This document shows positions 39,515 through 47,481 of a stretch of 64,000 bases of DNA, in pieces. Source of the DNA: Acholeplasma sp. (GTDB taxonomy: Bacteria; Bacillota_I; Bacilli_A; Acholeplasmatales; UBA5453); NCBI GenBank assembly GCA_012839355.1, contig DUNK01000037.1, forward strand, positions 372 through 64,371, given 5' to 3'. Position 1 is the first letter of the stretch, and each line of letters opens with the position of its first letter. The translations under genes were made by a program, and so were the position numbers. Below the pieces are notes generated by a model that was not told the DNA's origin, searched no databases, and was given only the letters and a program-made list of their open reading frames with translations.

Positions 39515-40239
39515 TTATCACCTTCAAGCAGTTTTGGTTCTCTGTATGCTAATTTAATGTTTTCTTGTGTAAACACTTCACTTACATTACCACTAACTAT
39601 TATTTGCTTGTTAAGCAATGTTACTTGATCAAAATAATCTCTAACTGTATCTAAATCATGATGAACTACAACAACAGTTTTTCCTTCATCTTTTAACTCT
39701 CTTAAAATCTTTAAAATTGCCTTTTCTGTTTTAACATCAATACCTTGAAAAGGTTCATCCATTAGATAAATCTCAGCTTCTTGAACTAAACTTCTTGCTA
39801 AAAACACTCTTTGTTGCTGACCGCCAGAAAGTTCTTTAATATGTCTATTTTTATATTGTTCCATACCAACCTTTTTAAGTGCTTCAAGTGCTAATTCTTT
39901 ATCCTTTTGGCCTGGTCTTTTTATCCAGCCAACATGACCATATCTTCCCATTAAAACAACATCAAAAACAGTCGTTGGAAAATCCCAGTCAACACTTTCT
40001 CTTTGCGGAACATAAGAAATTTTCTTTCTTATATCTTTATACTCTTTATCAAAAAACAACACGCTTCCTGTAACAAGTTTAACTATCCCTAATAACGCTT
40101 TTATTAAGGTTGATTTCCCTGCGCCATTTGGCCCTACTATAGCCATTAATGAACCTTTTTTAATGTTTAAATCTATATCCCATAACACAGGTTTTAAATC
40201 ATATGAAACAGTTAAATCTTTTATTTTTATTGCATCCAT
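39511..40239 (-). CDS. Mn/Fe/Zn ABC transporter ATP-binding protein (TroB/MntB-like)
   Basis: GPNGAGKST, LSGGQQQR, YLMDEPFQGID. Confidence 0.9.
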   Translation of the reverse strand: MDAIKIKDLTVSYDLKPVLWDIDLNIKKGSLMAIVGPNGAGKSTLIKALLGIVKLVTGSVLFFDKEYKDIRKKISYVPQRESVDWDFPTTVFDVVLMGRYGHVGWIKRPGQKDKELALEALKKVGMEQYKNRHIKELSGGQQQRVFLARSLVQEAEIYLMDEPFQGIDVKTEKAILKILRELKDEGKTVVVVHHDLDTVRDYFDQVTLLNKQIIVSGNVSEVFTQENIKLAYREPKLLEGDN

Positions 40240-40251
40240 ATTTTCACTTCC

Positions 40252-41166
40252 TTATTTTAAACCACCAATTATTGTATCTATATTATGTCTAACCATATCT
40301 AAATAGTTTTCTGCTCCGCTACCTTCTTCTCCTAAAGAATCACTATATAAAGTCCCACCAATAATAACATTATGACCCATTACTTTCACAGCATCAATTA
40401 AGGACTTGATTGTTGTTTCTGGAATAGAACTTTCTAAGTAAATAGCTTTAACATTATTATCAACAATCAGATTTGCTAAATCTTTTATATCTTTTGCACT
40501 AGCTTCACTTTCAGTTGATATTCCTTGAATACTTAAAACATTAAATCCATATGCTTTACCAAAATAAGAAAATGCATCATGGGCAGTAATTAAGACTCTT
40601 TTTTCTTCTTCAATAAGCAAAACTTCTTCTTTTATATATTCATCTAGTAAAATAAGTTTTTCTTTGTATTTATTAAAGTTATTCAAATAATCTAACTCAT
40701 TTTCTTCATCCATTAAAATTAGTCTATTTGTAAGTGCTTCTGCAGCTATAGTCCAAAGGTTTACATCAAACCAAAAATGTGGGTCAATTTCTCCGTTTTC
40801 ATCTTTTATTAAACTTTCCTCAGGAACAAAACTGCCTAACTCAAGTAATTTATCGTCTAAAACATGCAAGACTTTCCCCATCTTAGCCTCTAAGTTTAAT
40901 CCGTTTGTAACAACAAGATCAGCTTTACTAATTGCACGAGTAACGCTCGGTCTAGGAATAAAACTGTGTGGATCAACACCAACATTCATTACCGTTGTTA
41001 CACTCACATGTTCTTTTCCTATCTCGCTTAATAAATCGCCAATCATAGTCGTTGTCGCAACAACATTAACTTTCCCTTCTACATATTTAAAAGGAACGCT
41101 TCTTCTACAACTAGATAAACTTAAAGCTAATATTAAGATTAAATTTAGTATTAAAAACTTCTTCAT
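40252..41166 (-). CDS. Metal (Mn/Fe/Zn) ABC transporter substrate-binding lipoprotein (TroA/PsaA/MntA-like)
   Basis: Lipobox LSLSSC, DPHFW motif (EIDPHFWF), TroA-like length. First gene of an operon ending in a DtxR-family repressor. Confidence 0.88.
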   Translation of the reverse strand: MKKFLILNLILILALSLSSCRRSVPFKYVEGKVNVVATTTMIGDLLSEIGKEHVSVTTVMNVGVDPHSFIPRPSVTRAISKADLVVTNGLNLEAKMGKVLHVLDDKLLELGSFVPEESLIKDENGEIDPHFWFDVNLWTIAAEALTNRLILMDEENELDYLNNFNKYKEKLILLDEYIKEEVLLIEEEKRVLITAHDAFSYFGKAYGFNVLSIQGISTESEASAKDIKDLANLIVDNNVKAIYLESSIPETTIKSLIDAVKVMGHNVIIGGTLYSDSLGEEGSGAENYLDMVRHNIDTIIGGLK

Positions 41167-41186
41167 ATAATCTCCTACAAAAAAAT

Positions 41187-41204
41187 GTTAAGGCTTACCT
41201 TAAC
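41187..41204. promoter_or_regulatory. DtxR/TroR-type operator candidate
   Basis: Perfect inverted repeat GTTAAGG-CTTA-CCTTAAC, resembling the DtxR box TWAGGTWAGSCTWACCTWA. Sits between a TATAAT (minus strand) and the SD of the SBP gene. Confidence 0.6.
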
Positions 41205-41235
41205 CTTATTATACTATAATGTTAATTACATAGCA

Positions 41236-41269
41236 AGAAAAAAGCCATAACTCTAATGAATTATGGCCT
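41236..41269 (-). terminator. Rho-independent terminator after the peroxiredoxin gene
   Basis: Minus strand GGCCATAA-N10-TTATGGC hairpin followed by T6. Confidence 0.7.
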
Positions 41270-41285
41270 TAAAATTTAGTTTTGT

Positions 41286-41999
41286 TTATTTATCTTTTTT
41301 AAAACATAAGAACCAATCTAAGCATTTCATATCTTCATCTGTGCTTTCCATTCTTTCTTTTGCAGCACCACATGAACCTGCTGTACGTACAATTACATCT
41401 TCGCCAGGATGCCAATCAGCTGGTAAAGCTACATGATCTTTATCTGCTTTTTGTAAAGCAACAATAATTCTCTTAATTTCATTAAAGTTTCTACCAACTT
41501 CTTGTGGATAATAAAGAATAGTTCTTATAATTCCTTTCGGATCTACAAAATAAACTGCTCTAACTGCTTGTGTAGATGAATGATTTGGGGAAATCATTCC
41601 ATAAGCGTTAGCTACATCCATTGTAATATCTTCAATTAATGGAAACTTAACTTCGATATTTTTCATATCTTTCCATTCGAGTTCTTGAATCTTTCTTAAC
41701 CATGCAATATGAGCATAAAGTGAGTCAATTGATAAACCCACTAACTCAGTATTTAATTTCTTAAAATCTTCAGCCATATTTGCAAAAGTCATAAACTCTG
41801 TTGTACATACTGGTGTAAAATCCGCTGGGTGTGAAAATAAAATCGCCCACTTGCCTTTATAATCTTCAGGGAAGTTAATAACTCCTTGAGTTGTAACGGC
41901 TGTAAAACTTGGCGCCTTATCTCCAATCACAGGCATTCTTCTCGTTTTTTTCTCCAATAATTCTTTCATTTCTCTTCCACACATTTCATCAAAATTCAT
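41286..41999 (-). CDS. Peroxiredoxin (Prx6-like 1-Cys type)
   Basis: Peroxidatic Cys context HPADFTPVCTTE and HIAW. 237 aa. Strong AGAGGAGGAAAG SD at the 41999 start. Confidence 0.88.
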   Translation of the reverse strand: MNFDEMCGREMKELLEKKTRRMPVIGDKAPSFTAVTTQGVINFPEDYKGKWAILFSHPADFTPVCTTEFMTFANMAEDFKKLNTELVGLSIDSLYAHIAWLRKIQELEWKDMKNIEVKFPLIEDITMDVANAYGMISPNHSSTQAVRAVYFVDPKGIIRTILYYPQEVGRNFNEIKRIIVALQKADKDHVALPADWHPGEDVIVRTAGSCGAAKERMESTDEDMKCLDWFLCFKKDK

Positions 42000-42077
42000 T
42001 TTCTTTCCTCCTCTTTTAAATACATTTTGATTATAATCAAATAACTATAATTTTTGATTACCACATATAGTTTAATA

Positions 42078-42110
42078 TAAAAAAAGTAGCAGTTCAATTA
42101 AGATGCTACC
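42078..42110 (-). terminator. Rho-independent terminator after phnA
   Basis: Minus strand GTAGCA-N12-TGCTAC hairpin followed by T7. Confidence 0.6.
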
Positions 42111-42161
42111 TTTCCCATTAATTACTTTAATTTTTTGATAAGTTTTATATTTTAATTGATA

Positions 42162-42470
42162 TTAAGCTTTCTTAACAAACTCACTTTTTAAATCCATTGC
42201 GCCAAAACCATCAATTCTACAAGAAATATTATGATCGCCATCTTGAATTTTAATATTATCGACTTTCGTGCCTTGTTTAAGTGGCGTTGATGAACCTTTC
42301 ACTTTTAAGTCTTTAATAACGATAACGCTATCGCCATCAACTAACTTATTACCATTAGCATCTAAAATATATACTTCTTGATGTTTATCCCATTTAAATT
42401 GGCATGCTGAACAAACTAACTTATCCCCTTCTTCATAAGTGTATTCAAATCCACAACTTGGGCATTTCAT
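42162..42470 (-). CDS. phnA: PhnA-family zinc-ribbon protein
   Basis: N-terminal CPSC...CSAC ribbon. C-terminal [27 protein letters not shown]...[22 protein letters not shown] matches the PhnA C-domain as I remember it. Confidence 0.85.
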   Translation of the reverse strand: MKCPSCGFEYTYEEGDKLVCSACQFKWDKHQEVYILDANGNKLVDGDSVIVIKDLKVKGSSTPLKQGTKVDNIKIQDGDHNISCRIDGFGAMDLKSEFVKKA

Positions 42471-42497
42471 AGTATCACTTTTTCCTTTCTTATATTT

Positions 42498-42812
42498 TTA
42501 AAATGCAAAACCTACTAAATCTGTTACTGGTAAGGCGATTGTTAAAGCTCTTACCTTTGTATGTGTGCCTAAGTTTTCACTAATTGCACTCATAATCTTC
42601 TCAGTTAATTCGCTTGGAACAACAATTAAAATAATTTCTTTTTCTGGTTGTATTAAGACGTTTAAAAACTTTTGAGTTTCGGCATCAGCTGTTCCTTTAG
42701 CGTGAATAACTGTACCACCTCTCGCACCGTTTGCTTTTGCAACCTCCATTATCTCATGTCTGTGTCCCTGATTACTAATTACTAAAATTACTTTATGATT
42801 TACATCAGCCAT
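42498..42812 (-). CDS. PII-like signal-transduction protein (GlnB-fold)
   Basis: 104 aa. Beta-alpha-beta-beta-alpha-beta pattern with GARGGTVIHAKGT at the T-loop base. AGGAGGG SD. Confidence 0.65.
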   Translation of the reverse strand: MADVNHKVILVISNQGHRHEIMEVAKANGARGGTVIHAKGTADAETQKFLNVLIQPEKEIILIVVPSELTEKIMSAISENLGTHTKVRALTIALPVTDLVGFAF

Positions 42813-42824
42813 AATACTACCCTC

Positions 42825-43133
42825 CTACTGTTCAATAAAGTTTAATGTACTTTTATTAATTGCTGCTAGTGGCACCGCAAAAGCCACTGCTCTATGGTTT
42901 TGAAATGCTTTTGCATCTTTAAATAAAACCATTAAATCTTCTACTTTTTCTTTTCGTAAAACAGATATAACTATTTCTTTTTCACTATCTGCCAAACCTA
43001 AATATGATAGCATTTCATTATCAGCCGTTCCCTTTCCATAAAAAGTCACATGATATTTTACTTCATTTTCATTTAACATATTAATAACTACATCTATTTT
43101 TTTACGATCACATATTACTATTAATAACTTCAT
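42825..43133 (-). CDS. PII-like signal-transduction protein (GlnB-fold), second paralogue
   Basis: 102 aa. MKLLIVICDRKK..., YHVTFYGKGTAD. AGAGGGA SD. Confidence 0.6.
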   Translation of the reverse strand: MKLLIVICDRKKIDVVINMLNENEVKYHVTFYGKGTADNEMLSYLGLADSEKEIVISVLRKEKVEDLMVLFKDAKAFQNHRAVAFAVPLAAINKSTLNFIEQ

Positions 43134-43144
43134 ATTATCCCTCT

Positions 43145-44626
43145 TTATAATTCAATAAACTCATCTTCAACTTTTTCTATCTTATGTTCTTTAGTTTTAT
43201 ATTTATATATTAATCCCAATATTTGAATTGTCAACTGCGGAGCCATAACTAAAAAGGCCATTACTCCAAATGCATTTTGTAAGATTAGCGAGCTTTGATT
43301 TGGTAAACCTGCGTATAAATAATTAGATGCACCAATCGCAAACGGAACTAAGAATGTTGATGCTAGTGCACCACTAACTGCCGCTCCACTATCGATTGCA
43401 ATACCTGTAAACATTTTTGGAACAAGTAACGCTAATATTATAACTATTACATAAACTGGTATTACAACATACAAGATATTTATACTAAATACTATTCTTG
43501 TCATTGCAAGAGCAATCATAGCTGTTACACCAATTACAATAGTTGGCAATAATATCTTTTTACTAATAATTCCATCGGTTACTTCTTGAACTTGGTTGAC
43601 TAAAACTATTACTGATGGTTCTGCCACAACTATAACCATCGCAAATAAAGCACCAAATAAAATTAAATATCCTTTACCATTTAAAGACGCTACTTTTTCA
43701 CCTAAATATGGACCTGTCTTCATAAATCCTAAAGAAGCACCAGATAAAAACAACACTAATCCTACATAAGTTAATAAAAATCCAAGTAAAATCGCTTTAA
43801 CTCTTGCAGCAGGATATTTAAAAGCTGTTATTTGAAATACAATAAAGAAAATAACAAACGGAACTATCGCAAAGGCAACATTTTTTAAATTATCTATGAT
43901 AATTGCCATAACTTTAACTGTGCCTTCCGCATCAACAGTAAATGTTGGGTTTTTATAAAACGCCCCTAATAACATTACCGCAAAGATTGGTCCCATTGAA
44001 GTTATTCCTAATATTCCAAAACTATCTTCGCTTGTTGAATCTTCTTGAGTTGAAACTATCCCAAAGCCTAAAGCCAGTAAGAAAGGTACTGCCATTGGTC
44101 CTGTTGAAAATCCACCAGCATCAAAAGAAACAGGAATAAAATCAAAATGAGTAAAGCAACCAATAGTAAACAATATAGCGTATAAAACTATAATTAAATA
44201 TTTAATCGGTATTTTAAATAATACTCTTAACAAAGAAATTAACGCAAACAAAGCTGAACCTAAAGCAATCGTTAATACCATCGTATAAAGGGGAACAGTA
44301 CTTTCAAATTGTTTGCCTAAAACTAAGACAGATGGTTCAGCGATTGTAATTAAAAATCCAAGTAACAATGCCACGATTAAGAAAAACACTAAATTCTTTT
44401 TCTTAACTATAAAAGCGCCTATCTCTTTTGCAAGACCCATAATTGATGATTCAGAACCAATACTAAAAATCACTAGTCCAACCATCAACATTATAACACC
44501 TGCTAAAAATGTAAAAATAGTTGTCGCATCTACTTTAAAAAATAATAAAACGATTGTAATAACTATAGTTAAAGGCAAAATCGCCTGAACAGATTCTTTA
44601 ATTTTTTCTAATAATAACTTTTTCAA
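43145..44626 (-). CDS. Internally duplicated polytopic membrane protein, DUF1538-like (putative transporter)
   Basis: 493 aa. Two homologous halves (…ITIAEPSVLVLGKQ… and …VVVAEPSVIVLVNQ…). TTG start with AGGATGTGG SD, 11 nt after the purA stop. The DUF1538 assignment is from memory of the family plus its known linkage to PII genes. Confidence 0.6.
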   Translation of the reverse strand: MKKLLLEKIKESVQAILPLTIVITIVLLFFKVDATTIFTFLAGVIMLMVGLVIFSIGSESSIMGLAKEIGAFIVKKKNLVFFLIVALLLGFLITIAEPSVLVLGKQFESTVPLYTMVLTIALGSALFALISLLRVLFKIPIKYLIIVLYAILFTIGCFTHFDFIPVSFDAGGFSTGPMAVPFLLALGFGIVSTQEDSTSEDSFGILGITSMGPIFAVMLLGAFYKNPTFTVDAEGTVKVMAIIIDNLKNVAFAIVPFVIFFIVFQITAFKYPAARVKAILLGFLLTYVGLVLFLSGASLGFMKTGPYLGEKVASLNGKGYLILFGALFAMVIVVAEPSVIVLVNQVQEVTDGIISKKILLPTIVIGVTAMIALAMTRIVFSINILYVVIPVYVIVIILALLVPKMFTGIAIDSGAAVSGALASTFLVPFAIGASNYLYAGLPNQSSLILQNAFGVMAFLVMAPQLTIQILGLIYKYKTKEHKIEKVEDEFIEL

Positions 44627-44637
44627 TTAACCACATC

Positions 44638-45909
44638 CTAAAAAACACTTTTAACTTCTATTGTCTGTTCGCGGTTTGGCCCAACAGAAAATAGTACTAC
44701 TTCTAGACCGCTCAACTCTTCTATTTTTCTTAAATAGTTTTGAGCGTTTATTGGTAACTCTTCAAAACATGTTACATTACTAATATCTTCTTCCCAACCT
44801 GGCATTGTAATATAGTTAGGTGTTACTTTACTATATTCATTAATATCAGCTGGTATATAATTTATTTCTTTACCATTATGATTATATGATATACAAATCT
44901 TTAATTCTTTTAATCCGCTTAAAACATCTAAAACTGTAACAGCGATGTGACTTATACCACTAACGCGTTTTGAATGATTTAAGATCACACTATCAAACCA
45001 ACCAGGACGGCGATAAGTTTGAGTGCGCGGTTCATATTCAACTTTCGTTTTATGAAAGTGTTTAACAATCTCTTCATCGTTAATCAGTGTTGGCATCGGA
45101 CCAGCACCTTCACGTGTCATATACGCTTTTACAACCCCAATAGCACCTTCTAAAAGCCATGGTGCAATTCCGGCATAAAGCGGTAAAGCAGCGGCCGTTG
45201 GACTTGATGAAGTGACATAAGGATATGTTCCGTTTTCCACGCAAAGCATTACTCCTTGCGCGCCTTCAAATAAAACCTTCTTCTTTTTTTCTATTGCCTC
45301 ATTTAAAAATATTGATGTATCAATTACATATTTTCTCATTCTCTCAGCATAGACTTTGTATTCATTATATATTTCTTCAAAATCAAAAGATTCAATTTCT
45401 AATTTTTCAGCATCAATGTTTTTTTGCCTAATAATTTTCTTTAATTCTTCTTTAAAATTAGAACCGGTAAATATTTCCATTCTTAAACCGATTCTATTCG
45501 CTTTATCACTATATGCAGGACCGATTCCTTTTTTAGTTGTTGATAATTTATCTTTACCTTTACTTAACTCAATTGCCTCTTCAATTTTTAAATGATAAGG
45601 CATAACGACATGAGCACGATTAGAAACATATAATTGTAAATTTGGATCATTTAACTCATCAATTTCTTCTAATAATCCTTTAACATCAATAACCATTCCT
45701 TGCGTTAAAAGATTAACTACATCTTTATTAACTGAACCTGAGGGTAGTAATTGAAACAGATGATATTTACCATCAGCAATAACTGTATGACCGGCGTTGT
45801 TTCCGCCTTGAAATCTTGCAACTACATCAGCTTTTGATGCTAAAAAGTCTGTAATTTTACCTTTTCCTTCATCGCCCCATGCAGTTCCTACTACAACTAT
45901 CGTGTTCAT
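44638..45909 (-). CDS. purA: Adenylosuccinate synthetase
   Basis: GTAWGDEGKGK P-loop, GGNNAGHT, TTKKGIGPAY, GPNREQ-type C-terminus. Confidence 0.95.
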   Translation of the reverse strand: MNTIVVVGTAWGDEGKGKITDFLASKADVVARFQGGNNAGHTVIADGKYHLFQLLPSGSVNKDVVNLLTQGMVIDVKGLLEEIDELNDPNLQLYVSNRAHVVMPYHLKIEEAIELSKGKDKLSTTKKGIGPAYSDKANRIGLRMEIFTGSNFKEELKKIIRQKNIDAEKLEIESFDFEEIYNEYKVYAERMRKYVIDTSIFLNEAIEKKKKVLFEGAQGVMLCVENGTYPYVTSSSPTAAALPLYAGIAPWLLEGAIGVVKAYMTREGAGPMPTLINDEEIVKHFHKTKVEYEPRTQTYRRPGWFDSVILNHSKRVSGISHIAVTVLDVLSGLKELKICISYNHNGKEINYIPADINEYSKVTPNYITMPGWEEDISNVTCFEELPINAQNYLRKIEELSGLEVVLFSVGPNREQTIEVKSVF

Positions 45910-47321
45910 TATTTAGCCTCTCTTCTAATTATTTCTCTTGCTACCCAAACGCCGTTTGCTCCAGCTTGAGCTAAACCTCTTGTAATACCAGCACCATCCC
46001 CACCAATAAATAAGTTTTTAACATCAGTCTCAAATTTATCAGTAGTTTTAAATCTTGCTGAATAAAACTTCGTCTCTACACCATATAAAAGTGTATGTGC
46101 ACTAGCAATTCCTGGTGTAATATGATTTAATGCTTCCATCATTTCAATAACTGATTGTAAAGTATTATATGGTAATACTAACCCTAAATCTCCTGGGACT
46201 GCTTCTTTTAAAGAAGGTGTTACAAAGTTGTCAATTAAGTCTTCATGAGTTGTCGCTCTCTTATTTAACAAATCTCCATATCTTTGAACAATTACAGTAC
46301 CACCAGTAATTTGGTTAGCGATTCCTCCAATTGCATGACCATATTTATGTGGGTTATTAAAAGGTGGTTCAAACTGATGACTGACAAGTAACGCAAAGTT
46401 AGTATTTGTTGTGCCTAAAGCTGGGTTACTATAAGCGTGACCATTAGCTAAAACCGTACCACCATGATTCTCAACAACCACATGACCACTTGGATTCGAA
46501 CAAAACGTTCTTACATGTGTTCCTAAACTCGTATTATAAACGAACTTTCCTTCATACAAGTGTTCGTTAATTTCTTCCATAATTAAATCGTTAGTCTCAA
46601 CTCTTACACCAATATCGATTTGATTATTACTAATTTTTATTCCATTTCTTTTGGCGATATTATGTAACCAACTAGCGCCTTCTCTACCAGCAGCGATAAA
46701 GACATATTTACTATTAATAACCTCTCCACCATTAATAGTTACACCTTTAACAACGCTATCTTTGATAATGACATCTTTAACTTCTGTTTTAAATCTCATA
46801 TCGATTTTTTCTTTTAATTCGTCATAAATAGATTTCATTATTTCAATATTTTGTTCAGTGCCTAAATGTCTTACCTGCGCTCTTAAAAGTTTTAGACCAA
46901 CAGCTAAACCTCTTCTTTCAATCTCTTTAACTTTTAAAGTTGTTGGATCAGTTAAATCTTTTGTTGCGCCGTGTTTTAAATTGATCTCATCAACATATTT
47001 AATTAAATCTAAAACGATATCTTTATCTAAGTAGTTAGTCATCCAACCGCCAAACTCACTCGTAATATTAAACTTACCATCAGAGTAGGCACCAGAGCCG
47101 CCAAAACCACTTGTTATTGAACAAGCAGGCGAACAACCAGCATGACCTTCTTTATCAACTGGACATTTATCAATTAAACCTAAATTGATTGGACATCTTC
47201 TGTTATAGATATCAAATCCTTTATCGATTAATAACACTTTTAAGTGTGGTGCTTTAACCATAAATTCATAGGCATTATATAGCCCAGCAGGACCACCACC
47301 AACGATAATTACATCATACAT
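45909..47321 (-). CDS. FAD-dependent oxidoreductase of unknown function (COG2509-like)
   Basis: N-terminal dinucleotide fold VIIVGGGPAGL and C-terminal GGDGAGITRG. 470 aa. The stop overlaps the purA start (ATAATG). Confidence 0.75.
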   Translation of the reverse strand: MYDVIIVGGGPAGLYNAYEFMVKAPHLKVLLIDKGFDIYNRRCPINLGLIDKCPVDKEGHAGCSPACSITSGFGGSGAYSDGKFNITSEFGGWMTNYLDKDIVLDLIKYVDEINLKHGATKDLTDPTTLKVKEIERRGLAVGLKLLRAQVRHLGTEQNIEIMKSIYDELKEKIDMRFKTEVKDVIIKDSVVKGVTINGGEVINSKYVFIAAGREGASWLHNIAKRNGIKISNNQIDIGVRVETNDLIMEEINEHLYEGKFVYNTSLGTHVRTFCSNPSGHVVVENHGGTVLANGHAYSNPALGTTNTNFALLVSHQFEPPFNNPHKYGHAIGGIANQITGGTVIVQRYGDLLNKRATTHEDLIDNFVTPSLKEAVPGDLGLVLPYNTLQSVIEMMEALNHITPGIASAHTLLYGVETKFYSARFKTTDKFETDVKNLFIGGDGAGITRGLAQAGANGVWVAREIIRREAK

Positions 47322-47435
47322 ATTTTTTTCACCTTTTTATAAAGCATTTTATAAACACATAACATTATAACAAATTATTACTACAATTCAAAAAATATTT
47401 ATAACTTTTTCATAATTAAAAAAACACCTTTTTCA

Positions 47436-47468
47436 ACAAAAAAGAAGCGAATCTAATTGTTCGCTTCT
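47436..47468 (-). terminator. Rho-independent terminator after the tandem ABC/FtsX genes
   Basis: Minus strand AGAAGCGAA-N8-TTCGCTTCT hairpin followed by TTTTTGTTG. Confidence 0.7.
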
Positions 47469-47481
47469 TCTATTATGCTTA

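Noticed and set aside
47322-47435. Possible purine riboswitch or other leader upstream of the FAD-oxidoreductase / purA operon.
   Set aside because: The region is nearly devoid of G/C and has no three-way-junction potential and no conserved purine-aptamer segments.
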